From a virus (taxonomy: Duplodnaviria; Heunggongvirae; Uroviricota; Caudoviricetes), in the IMG/VR virus record IMGVR_UViG_3300042564_003265: DNA of 64,000 nt, one strand, 5' to 3'. Positions within the stretch are counted from its first letter, which is position 1. Each line of letters starts with the position of its first letter. Shown piece after piece: positions 8,411 to 16,137 of the stretch. The position numbers were made by a program, and so were the translations under genes. The notes beneath the pieces are model-generated. The model was not told the origin of the DNA. It did no database searches and worked only from the letters and a program-made list of their open reading frames with translations.

Positions 8411-9094
8411 ATGAAAATAGTAATCAGTAATCAAAGATTTGACTACAACTTGGGAGTAAGATTGTTAAAGTCAAAATATAGAGAGTGTCCAGATTGGATT
8501 GACATTCAAGACATTTGGAACGACATTGAACCAATGACATTCAAAGAAGTCGCTAAGTCATTTAAGAATGTTGAGGAACGAAGAATTGCGATTGGGTGTT
8601 TGGGTATTACAAATATCGCAGAGGAATTAAATCCTGTGTTGGTTAAGAGTGAAACCTTAAATAAACAAACCACTTGGGTTAAACCTGATGGTGAGTTGTT
8701 TACCAAGAAGTTTGATGATACCTACGAACTTTACAAAGTGAAGAAGGAAGATTTGTTAGATGGTACTGAACGTAGTTGGGGTTTAGATGATGTGTACTTT
8801 TTGAAGTTCAAAGACACATCAACCGATAGGGAGTATATGTTGTGGATTGACAGGGATAGTGTCGCTCGGGTGAATAACAAACAACGACATTTTTCTTCTG
8901 ATATGAGAAACGAAATTACTCCAACCCAATGTATCGCTTGGACTATTCAGACAGATATTGTTGAAGGTGGGATTGAGAAGATTGTTCGTCAGGGTGATTG
9001 TATCTTAATTAAAAAGAAACCAACCGCAGAGAAGGGTAGTGTAAGACACATTACCGAAAGTGAGTATCGAAATTTATTGGTGTTAGAAAGTTAG
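8411..9094 (+). CDS. hypothetical early protein
   Basis: ORF followed by a terminator. Confidence 0.5.
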   Translation: MKIVISNQRFDYNLGVRLLKSKYRECPDWIDIQDIWNDIEPMTFKEVAKSFKNVEERRIAIGCLGITNIAEELNPVLVKSETLNKQTTWVKPDGELFTKKFDDTYELYKVKKEDLLDGTERSWGLDDVYFLKFKDTSTDREYMLWIDRDSVARVNNKQRHFSSDMRNEITPTQCIAWTIQTDIVEGGIEKIVRQGDCILIKKKPTAEKGSVRHITESEYRNLLVLES

Positions 9095-9117
9095 TAGTTC
9101 ATAGGTTTAATGGTTAA

Positions 9118-9147
9118 AACCCTTCGCTTTTAGTGAGGGGTTTTTTT
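9118..9147 (+). terminator. rho-independent terminator
   Basis: CCCUUCGC uuuua GUGAGGGG followed by U7. Confidence 0.55.
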
Positions 9148-9149
9148 AT

Positions 9150-9300
9150 GTATAATGATTTCCGACGCTGCGCTGAGGGTGAATGTTCAACAGCTTTTAA
9201 CCGGTAGACATCTCTACATTGCTGTGCAAAACCAGAAGAGTAAAAAAAAGCCCCGACATTGCTGTCGAGGCTCGGGACTTACTAACCATCCACAAAGAAA
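9150..9300. repeat. GC-rich intergenic element, copy F (GAATGTTCAACAGC-N6-CCGGTAGACATCTC)
   Basis: Also holds a CCCGA...TCGGG hairpin with an A/T-tract that can terminate the minus-strand gene 9308-9703. Confidence 0.55.
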
Positions 9301-9307
9301 CACTATA

Positions 9308-9703
9308 CTAAATCGTACCTTCTATTCCGTGTATTTTCTTGGTAATACGTTTACCCTTCTTTTCGTAGTTCTCGTATCCAATTAAGAAGTTGTCTTTTTG
9401 AGTTCCAATTAAACAAGAACCTTCAACTTTAACATTACCATAATTTACTTTCAACTGCTTCATAAAAGAATTGAAAGACTTTTCAAGTTTACGCCCTATG
9501 ACATCTGACGGAGGTACAGGTGCGTTTTCAATTCGGTAATGTGTTCCTATTCTTGAAAATTTAATTCCATACATAGACTTCTTTTCAAATCCCGGAACAC
9601 TTTGACTCAAGCAACTTCTCATAGAGTCGAGGGACTTCTTTAAAGTTTGTGTTGTGTCTTTTCTTGGTTTTTGTATCATAACAAATTTTGTTTGTTTCCA
9701 CAA
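9308..9703 (-). CDS. hypothetical protein; the only minus-strand gene inside the plus-strand early block
   Basis: 131-aa basic ORF in opposite orientation, flanked by a GC-rich element and a promoter-rich A/T tract. No recognisable motifs. Confidence 0.4.
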   Translation of the reverse strand: MWKQTKFVMIQKPRKDTTQTLKKSLDSMRSCLSQSVPGFEKKSMYGIKFSRIGTHYRIENAPVPPSDVIGRKLEKSFNSFMKQLKVNYGNVKVEGSCLIGTQKDNFLIGYENYEKKGKRITKKIHGIEGTI

Positions 9704-9756
9704 AAGTAATGCTAATATGTTAATAAAAAAAAAATAAAAAAAAAATATCCATAATA

Positions 9757-9789
9757 TTTGGGTATATCAAAGTAATAGCCGTATATTTG
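9757..9789 (+). promoter_or_regulatory. Bacteroidetes-type sigma-A promoter (consensus)
   Basis: TTTGGgtatatcaaagtaatagccgTATATTTG. Confidence 0.65.
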
Positions 9790-9829
9790 TACTCGGGATA
9801 TTTATCTATTACAATATAAACATCTGAAT

Positions 9830-10624
9830 ATGAAACTAACCGATATAATTAACGAGTCACCAGAGAGGGAAGTTGGTGAAGGGGGTTACTCCAGAGTAAT
9901 GACATCTATGAGAGGAGCCGTTCCTAAAATTAAAACCATAGGAATCCTAACCGCCCATAATCCTTGTGCAAATGAACTTTCGCCAGAGGAAAACAATAGA
10001 CGTAATGCTCGACTTGAAAAAGAATTGGGTAGTTACTTATTTGGATACAGGAAGGTGAAGGGTAAGTACGGGACAGAGGAAGATAGTTTCTTGGTAAACA
10101 ACATTACTAAAAAGCAATTGCTGCAACTTGGAAATGATTATGAACAAGAGAGTGTTATCTTTGGTGATTACTTTGAGGAGGGTGAAGAGTATGGTATGAA
10201 CTTCTCAATGATTAGGACTCATACTTGCGACACTGATGAACCGGTTGGTTCTATAATGGGTATCAGAAAAGTATTCATTGACAGAAACAACTCTGATAAC
10301 TTCTACTCCGAGATTAAGGGACGTAAATTCCAAATCCCATTCTTCGAAGTACCAACCTTTGATGATAAAGATGGAACACAGACAGGTGAGAAGTTCAAGC
10401 ATATGTATGATGACCATTATGATAATGCATCGTTTGATGGTGGTAAAGTAGTTGGTAGTATTAGAACATACCCAAACAAAAAAGATGTGGCAGATAAAAT
10501 ATCTGATGAGGACAAGAAAGAGATTGAGAAGTTAAATGACCAATCCTTAAATGAGAATAAGACTTTATCTAACGGATACAATAAAAGAGGTAGGATTATT
10601 AATATCCTTAACAAATATATGTAA
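9830..10624 (+). CDS. hypothetical early protein
   Basis: 264-aa ORF followed by a terminator. Confidence 0.5.
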   Translation: MKLTDIINESPEREVGEGGYSRVMTSMRGAVPKIKTIGILTAHNPCANELSPEENNRRNARLEKELGSYLFGYRKVKGKYGTEEDSFLVNNITKKQLLQLGNDYEQESVIFGDYFEEGEEYGMNFSMIRTHTCDTDEPVGSIMGIRKVFIDRNNSDNFYSEIKGRKFQIPFFEVPTFDDKDGTQTGEKFKHMYDDHYDNASFDGGKVVGSIRTYPNKKDVADKISDEDKKEIEKLNDQSLNENKTLSNGYNKRGRIINILNKYM

Positions 10625-10660
10625 GATTGTTTTTTAGTGGTTATGATTTAATCGAAGAAG

Positions 10661-10687
10661 GGTGGACAGAAATGTTCACCTTTTTTT
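10661..10687 (+). terminator. rho-independent terminator
   Basis: GGTGGACA gaaa TGTTCACC followed by T7. Confidence 0.7.
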
Positions 10688-10875
10688 GTGCTAATAATCG
10701 TCCGACGCACAGCTCGGCGACAAATGTTCAACGGCGAATAGCCGTATGACATCTACCATCGCAGCGCAAACGCCAGGCATTTCTGGTTTATTGCGCGCAA
10801 ATACCAGTTTTTACCAGGCACAGTCTCCAGCGCAACAGGGAGGATGTTCAACGGCTTAGTAGCCGATAAACTTTT
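10688..10875. repeat. GC-rich intergenic element, copy G (AAATGTTCAACGGC-gaata-GCCGTATGACATCTACC; second GATGTTCAACGGC; CAGCGC repeats)
   Basis: Two copies of the 13-mer within one element. Confidence 0.65.
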
Positions 10876-10896
10876 TTAAAAATATATAAAGATTTA

Positions 10897-10929
10897 TTTG
10901 GAATACGGTCCATATTGTATTACCTTTAC
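10897..10929 (+). promoter_or_regulatory. Bacteroidetes-type sigma-A promoter
   Basis: TTTGGaatacggtccatattgtatTACCTTTAC. Confidence 0.5.
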
Positions 10930-10952
10930 ACTGTTATAAAAAAAAGACACTT

Positions 10953-11078
10953 ATGTGGAAGATATTCAAGACCGCACTCAAGATTACCATCACCGTTTGG
11001 TTAATAAAATCCATATGGAATGATATTGGACAGGAGGATGTTGACAAGCTTAAGTCAGTCTTTAAACAAATCAATTAA
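10953..11078 (+). CDS. small hydrophobic early protein (41 aa)
   Basis: ATG 24 nt after the promoter; MWKIFKTALKITITVWLIKSIW... includes a TM-like stretch. Confidence 0.3.
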   Translation: MWKIFKTALKITITVWLIKSIWNDIGQEDVDKLKSVFKQIN

Positions 11079-11096
11079 AATAAAACAAACACAATT

Positions 11097-11606
11097 ATGG
11101 CCAGAAACAACAGACTTATTGAAGTCGTGTTCTCAAACGTTATCGGTAACGACGAACGTGTGAGTCAGTACGAGAAATTTTTAACTACAGACAAAGCCCT
11201 TGGTATTGAGGAGACTGAAGACATCAGAGACGCTAAAGCTTTGTATGCATCTATCATCAAGAATAACAAGACTGTTTTGGATGAACTTGCAAAGCTTGAG
11301 GAATCAATTGTACAGTTAAGATGTCGTGAGCAAGTGCTAAAGGAATTCAAATTGTCCAAGGTACGTGAGTATATCTATGCAAGAGCATTATTTTTTAGAC
11401 CCGGTCGTGAGGTGAAGGACATCCGTGTAGTGGTTGGTCGAACAGACGTCTACGGGGAGGACCTTCAGGACCTAATGTTCAACGGCGACTTTATGACGAT
11501 AGCCCGAGCTAAACTATCTGAGGCAATGGATTATGAGATTACTGAGAACAAATATTATATCAGAAATCTTAAGACGAAGTATGGGAAAAAAATGTTAGTA
11601 AAATAA
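11097..11606 (+). CDS. hypothetical early protein
   Basis: 169-aa ORF. Contains an in-frame copy of TAATGTTCAACGGC at 11473. Confidence 0.5.
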   Translation: MARNNRLIEVVFSNVIGNDERVSQYEKFLTTDKALGIEETEDIRDAKALYASIIKNNKTVLDELAKLEESIVQLRCREQVLKEFKLSKVREYIYARALFFRPGREVKDIRVVVGRTDVYGEDLQDLMFNGDFMTIARAKLSEAMDYEITENKYYIRNLKTKYGKKMLVK

Positions 11607-11627
11607 ATCTAGAATTATTTGGAATAT

Positions 11628-11649
11628 TCTAGAATATATTTTAATTTAC
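11628..11649 (+). promoter_or_regulatory. Bacteroidetes-type sigma-A promoter
   Basis: TTTGGaatattctagaatatattTTAATTTAC. Confidence 0.45.
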
Positions 11650-11668
11650 ACCCCTAAACCAAACACAT

Positions 11669-12022
11669 ATGAATTTCATATCTCAATTGAATACCATTAG
11701 GGATTCGATGCACCGTGAATTAGTTCAGGAAGCAACAGTACGTACATTTATAAAAGAAGATAGTACCGACGGTTTCATAGAACTGGTAGAACCATTTAGA
11801 TTTTATAAGGATGACTATCATCCGCTAAAAGGTAATTACACATACGAGTGTTACGTGATAGGAATTCATAGTTTGTCTGGTGATTTGATGGGAGAAGACA
11901 TTGACGGATTCCAAAGATGTATTAACTACAGGGACCTGAGTCTTGAGGAGATGTCAAAGCTCCACGAATATATTGTGCAACAAAAACAATTTAAATTTAG
12001 ACTGTATGACGAAAAGAATTAA
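11669..12022 (+). CDS. hypothetical early protein
   Basis: ORF. Confidence 0.5.
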   Translation: MNFISQLNTIRDSMHRELVQEATVRTFIKEDSTDGFIELVEPFRFYKDDYHPLKGNYTYECYVIGIHSLSGDLMGEDIDGFQRCINYRDLSLEEMSKLHEYIVQQKQFKFRLYDEKN

Positions 12023-12416
12023 AGTACGGTTCAATCTCGGACGAGGTCCTAATTACCTGAAGTGGAAGGTGTCATACCCGAACGGGGAGGTAATGTATTA
12101 CCATCCGACCGGTACACAGCTCACAATGAGGGGCTGTACACTGAAGAATAATAAAAGTGCAGCACAAAAGATATTCCGTGGTGAGACTAATAAGACAGTT
12201 TGTGCTTGGGTCCTATGTGAGGGTATCGATATTAAGTTTGATAACTTCGAACAGCACGACCTTGGTAAGAGCCCAAGGTTGAAGTATAATCCTCGGGTAG
12301 CTCCGTCTTGGATGATAGAGTACACACATATGCATCACTCCGACATCAGGGTTGACAATGAGTACTTCAATCAAATCTCCTCAGTGGATTACAGATTATT
12401 CATTACTAAAATTTAA
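12006..12416 (+). CDS. hypothetical early protein
   Basis: ATG at 12006 (MTKRIKVRFNLGRG...). The track ORF begins at an upstream TTG. Confidence 0.45.
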   Translation: MTKRIKVRFNLGRGPNYLKWKVSYPNGEVMYYHPTGTQLTMRGCTLKNNKSAAQKIFRGETNKTVCAWVLCEGIDIKFDNFEQHDLGKSPRLKYNPRVAPSWMIEYTHMHHSDIRVDNEYFNQISSVDYRLFITKI

Positions 12417-12418
12417 AT

Positions 12419-12568
12419 AATGGAAAATAACGAGCAACAAGAAATGTTCACATCAGATGAGGTGGACCATATAGTGAAGAAGGTAAGAAATTACCAAGCA
12501 AATATTGGTATACTCATTGCAGCAATTGTAATGGGTCTGTTATTCTTGAGGGACTACCTGATGAGATA
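12419..12568 (+). CDS. small membrane protein (49 aa)
   Basis: MENNEQQEMFTSDEVDHIVKKVRNYQANIGILIAAIVMGLLFLRDYLMR, with a C-terminal TM helix. Confidence 0.3.
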
Positions 12569-12613
12569 ACAGCACCGTCGTAAATGTTTAACGGCTAACT
12601 AATTTTTTTATAT

Positions 12614-12820
12614 ATGAAACGCACACTAAATCGTATCGGCTGGTGGTTTGACTACTACATCGCCTATTTCCTGTACCACCCAACTAAAAGGAAACGTTAC
12701 CACAGGTATATGTTCCACAAGTATGGTAAGTTATATGACCAACGATGTCCCAACTGCCATAAAGAGAAATCCCCGTATGAAAACTTAGAACAACTACGTC
12801 GAGGACGTTCAAAACATTAG
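12614..12820 (+). CDS. small basic protein
   Basis: ORF preceded by the TAAATGTTTAACGGC motif at 12581. Confidence 0.4.
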   Translation: MKRTLNRIGWWFDYYIAYFLYHPTKRKRYHRYMFHKYGKLYDQRCPNCHKEKSPYENLEQLRRGRSKH

Positions 12821-12821
12821 T

Positions 12822-13187
12822 ATGAGAATATTCCTCATTTTTGCAACGTTGTTTGCCTCCTTCAGTATTCTGTACCCCCCTTGGGGGACACAGTTACTTT
12901 CTGTTGCAGTTTTAAATCTGTGTCTACATCTGTTGGACCTGAAGACGGTGACAAATGTTCAACGGCCAAAACCAAGGGTCAAAAAGCCGGAAGACATTCC
13001 CAAGGCCCCTGTGCCTGAGTCACCTCCTCCACCCTACGTTCAGGATGTCCTTTCAGGACTTTCGAATATGGGACTTAAGAAGTCCGAAGCCGTTAGACTT
13101 GTATTACAGGTCCGTCGGGAGGAACCGTCCCTTCGGGACACAGGTGAAATTCTAAAGAGATGTATTACTCTATCCTATAAAAAATAG
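12822..13187 (+). CDS. questionable ORF in a GC-rich region: N-terminal TM helix, Pro-rich linker, RuvA domain III-like C-terminus
   Basis: C-terminus DVLSGLSNMGLKKSEAVRLVLQV...TGEILKRCI resembles the RuvA C-terminal helical domain. The region is ~50% GC and contains the AAATGTTCAACGGC ... GCCGGAAGACATTCC element and a GTCCC-UUCG-GGGAC hairpin, so it may instead be non-coding. Confidence 0.3.
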   Translation: MRIFLIFATLFASFSILYPPWGTQLLSVAVLNLCLHLLDLKTVTNVQRPKPRVKKPEDIPKAPVPESPPPPYVQDVLSGLSNMGLKKSEAVRLVLQVRREEPSLRDTGEILKRCITLSYKK

Positions 13188-13249
13188 TTCCGGCAAATTT
13201 GACTTTGTCATATTCTAATGTTATATTTTATATATAAACATTTATAGAA

Positions 13250-13444
13250 ATGGCAACTAAAAAAACAACAACCCTGAAAAAGACTCGTCGCACACCCGTA
13301 ACAACTTACGTTCCTGTGGCGAGCAATGTGTACTTCGACGGTACGTCATACCGTGTACGCGTTATTAAGAATGGCGTTCGCAACAGCAAGAACTTTTCTT
13401 CTAAGCGTGCAGCATTACAATACCGCAAACAGTTGTTAGGCTAA
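13250..13444 (+). CDS. small basic DNA-binding protein, AP2/integrase-arm-like fold (tentative)
   Basis: SNVYFDGTSYRVRVIKNGVRNSKNFSSKRAALQYRKQLL matches the Y.GV...G.(R/K)...F.T.(E/K)AA..Y pattern of AP2-like / arm-DNA-binding domains. Confidence 0.35.
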   Translation: MATKKTTTLKKTRRTPVTTYVPVASNVYFDGTSYRVRVIKNGVRNSKNFSSKRAALQYRKQLLG

Positions 13445-14053
13445 TCCCTACGACTCGATGTATGACCGAATTCCCTGGGGACTGATTGTCCCTGGGGATT
13501 TTTTATGCCCCTTCGGGGAAGTGATGTATGACTCATTTAGCCGTATGACATTCTGAGAATAGATGTATAAACAACTAAATTACGCCGTAAGACATTGTTT
13601 AATTCTGTTTAACTAAACCGTCCATTCCTTAAACAAAATAATGGGACCAGTAATCGGGCCTCCCTGCGGTCGGCCCTTCGGGGACGAGGTGTAGTACGTC
13701 GGGGAAAGGTCACGTATGACCGTATATGTGTATATGTATGTGTATAAATTGTGGATATAAATGTATGACCTTTATAAATTTTTTAAAACCAGGTCTCGTT
13801 TCACGGACAGGACAATCCCCCACTATTTACCACTTATCCCCACTTTTTCCCCAAAACTGGTTTCTCTGTATGACCAGGGGGAATTTTAGTCTGTAATACC
13901 TATATACTAATATAAAAATATACTACGACAAAAAGTATGACAAAATGTCTGGTTTTTTAGGGGTATTTTTATCCCTTTTTAGTATATCTGAGGGGGAAAA
14001 AATTTAGGGTGTTGCCGGAACCTGACATATAGGTCGGGGACTGTCGTCCCCTC
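13445..14053. other. ~600 bp non-coding convergence zone with GTATGAC iterons, (TG/TA)n tract and CCC-UUCG-GGG hairpins; candidate replication origin, packaging site or terminus
   Basis: At least 8 copies of GTATGAC / GTAAGAC within the zone (13459, 13526, 13543, 13587, 13714, 13764, 13868, 13935) and one more just inside the adjacent ORF at 14088. GC-rich hairpins at 13507 and 13683. Lies between convergent transcription units. Confidence 0.5.
13472..13504 (+). terminator. rho-independent terminator at the end of the early plus-strand block
   Basis: UCCCUGGGGAC ugauu GUCCCUGGGGA, 11-bp stem (2 G-U pairs) followed by U6. Confidence 0.7.
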
Positions 14054-14365
14054 CTAAGCTAGTAAAGATTGTAGTAAGTATGACAACTTATACCCTGTGA
14101 ATGCTCCGAGAGCTGAGGGGATGGGGAACACTATAAGTTTCCCTAAGTCTGTAACATATCGGGGTCTATTCTGAATTCTTCCTAACATATAGTAGTAACT
14201 CATATACCCTACTAAAACCATAACGTCTACTCTTGTGGAAATGAAAACCACGATGGTTGCTCCTAAGAATCCGAAGAAGAAATTATCTCTTACTCCTTCC
14301 CATACCTCTAAGGGTGTTGCCTCATTCCATTCCTTTACTATCTTTTGTAATCTCTTCTTTGCCAT
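14054..14365 (-). CDS. membrane protein (2 TM helices)
   Basis: Hydrophobic segments FFFGFLGATIVVFISTRVDVMVLVGYM and LIVFPIPSALGAFTGY. Confidence 0.45.
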   Translation of the reverse strand: MAKKRLQKIVKEWNEATPLEVWEGVRDNFFFGFLGATIVVFISTRVDVMVLVGYMSYYYMLGRIQNRPRYVTDLGKLIVFPIPSALGAFTGYKLSYLLQSLLA

Positions 14366-14366
14366 A

Positions 14367-14567
14367 TTATTTTATCTTACTCTCAGGGTAACACTCCAAA
14401 AGGAACCTCTTATTATATACATTAGTCCAACCTCTTCCATCAATTCCTGACACTGCTGCATCGTGTGCTGACCGTAGAGATTCCCTTACGTGTATCTTGG
14501 CAAACTCAATCATTAGTTCCTCAGTGGTGGAACCTTCCATCTTTTCAATTAGTTCTTTTGCTGTCAT
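14367..14567 (-). CDS. hypothetical protein
   Basis: ORF adjacent to the previous gene (1-nt gap). Confidence 0.4.
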   Translation of the reverse strand: MTAKELIEKMEGSTTEELMIEFAKIHVRESLRSAHDAAVSGIDGRGWTNVYNKRFLLECYPESKIK

Positions 14568-14889
14568 TATATATTAGTGGTTCTTCACAATGTGGACATT
14601 CTTCAATTACTATAAGATTATTCTTATGGAAACTCCATTTACTTACTATAGGGATTTCTTCACTGTTTAGTTCAGTATATCCTATACAACCTCTTTCACC
14701 ATTTATATCATAGTACTTACCTTTGTATCTGGTAATGATATGATTTTTATTCCAAGAAATATATGGGGTACAATTCTTATACATCTTTGATAGTAGGAGA
14801 TGAAACTTATAACATCCTCCTTCTGTGTAGATGTGTTTAATGTACCTATCACTATTCCTTAATTCCTCTATGAATGTTAGGATATCCAT
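14545..14889 (-). CDS. hypothetical protein with a C-terminal CPHC motif
   Basis: ORF. Confidence 0.4.
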   Translation of the reverse strand: MDILTFIEELRNSDRYIKHIYTEGGCYKFHLLLSKMYKNCTPYISWNKNHIITRYKGKYYDINGERGCIGYTELNSEEIPIVSKWSFHKNNLIVIEECPHCEEPLIYNDSKRTN

Positions 14890-14896
14890 CTTATTA

Positions 14897-15457
14897 CTAT
14901 ATTATATTCAGTTTATATTCTGTTCTATTAAAGTATTGAATATAGTTTGTTCTTGGAATAAGATATCCCCGGCTGTCACTTCCAGGGTCACCACCCACAC
15001 CAATTGGGAAATCATTCTCACTAATTAACTTCCTTAACCTATTTGTGGGTATTGTCCATATCTCCCTGAGATAATAGAAATTATATAACCATATGTCCGA
15101 TTTGGTGGTTACAATCCCCGATTCCTTTCCCCACGATGTGAACTCAATGAATATATTCCCCGTATCGGTCGATTTAATCATATCCATCCTCTTTGTTACA
15201 ATATTATAGTGAGGTCTCTCAGGTTTACATAACACATCAATCTTACATTCAAACTTCTTCGTCTTATCCCCATATGAACATAACAAATCAAACTCCTTCA
15301 ATACAGAATCATCAGGACCACCGAGGTATTTGTAACCAAGTTGTTCAACATATTGTTTGGCCAAATCCTCCCCGACCATACCCGCGTTTAGGTCAACCTT
15401 AAACTTTAGGTGACTCACCATCGATTCATCCTTCTCCTTTGTTATGTTAAAAACCAT
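14897..15457 (-). CDS. hypothetical protein
   Basis: 186-aa ORF. Confidence 0.45.
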   Translation of the reverse strand: MVFNITKEKDESMVSHLKFKVDLNAGMVGEDLAKQYVEQLGYKYLGGPDDSVLKEFDLLCSYGDKTKKFECKIDVLCKPERPHYNIVTKRMDMIKSTDTGNIFIEFTSWGKESGIVTTKSDIWLYNFYYLREIWTIPTNRLRKLISENDFPIGVGGDPGSDSRGYLIPRTNYIQYFNRTEYKLNII

Positions 15458-15458
15458 A

Positions 15459-15788
15459 TTATCTGTTAAACGCTATACTAAAATCTGATAACCTATGGAA
15501 TATATCTGTTTCTCTATCCTGTCTTTCCCACATATTCTTTAGATACTCAGCATTGGATTTACTTCTAAAATACCATAGAACATCATAGTCAGGTTTGAAT
15601 TTATCCTTATATATTGGGTGAATACATCTTTGTACTATAGTATATTTTGGAGTTACCTTTCTTTCTCCCGTATAGGTATACTTAACAATCTCCTCCTTAT
15701 TCATACTATAGAAGTATTCCCCCGGATATATATAACCGCCGTCGTGGGCCGTTATAATGGGATTCCTTAAGAACTTAAATGGTCTCAT
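15459..15788 (-). CDS. FKF-motif family small protein (N-terminus MRPFKFLRNP)
   Basis: Shares the N-terminal M-[KR]-[PED]-FKF-[FL] peptide with 10 other small ORFs. Confidence 0.5.
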   Translation of the reverse strand: MRPFKFLRNPIITAHDGGYIYPGEYFYSMNKEEIVKYTYTGERKVTPKYTIVQRCIHPIYKDKFKPDYDVLWYFRSKSNAEYLKNMWERQDRETDIFHRLSDFSIAFNR

Positions 15789-16137
15789 TGTTTCTTATTA
15801 CTCCTCTGAATATTAGTGGTCTATCCTTTGGCATATCATCAAAATTATCTTGGTTGTAATGTATCATATTACTTATATCCGCATTGTCCACGAATTCATA
15901 TGCAAATATAATCTTATCCCTGTTCATTTCCATAAATTGATTGTATGAATTGATGTATCTACTATAAACCGACACCGTCATTGATTTTATTTCCTCCGTA
16001 AACACACCATCATTATTTGTCCTTTCCATATAGAATATTACGCCCACCGGTCTATACATCCATTGTAGTTGACCGAGATACCTACTCTCTAACCATCTTC
16101 TTGTTATATTCTTTTGGAAGAATTTAAATGGTCTCAT
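15775..16137 (-). CDS. FKF-motif family small protein (MRPFKFFQKN)
   Basis: N-terminal family motif. Overlaps its neighbours by 4-14 nt. Confidence 0.5.
   Translation of the reverse strand: MRPFKFFQKNITRRWLESRYLGQLQWMYRPVGVIFYMERTNNDGVFTEEIKSMTVSVYSRYINSYNQFMEMNRDKIIFAYEFVDNADISNMIHYNQDNFDDMPKDRPLIFRGVIRNNETI

Noticed and set aside
9155-9385. 76-aa plus-strand ORF
   Set aside because: Covers intergenic element F and runs antisense into the 3' end of the minus-strand gene 9308-9703.
2722-10855. Possible tRNA genes suggested by TTCAA (T-loop-like) strings inside the AATGTTCAACGGC repeats
   Set aside because: No GGTTC(G/A)A(A/T)(T/C)CC T-arm context, no acceptor-stem complementarity at cloverleaf spacing, and the motif is repeated more than 10 times. 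Treated as a repeat, not tRNA.
12955-13155. 66-aa ORF in an alternative frame
   Set aside because: Nested in the already questionable GC-rich ORF 12822-13187. No independent support.
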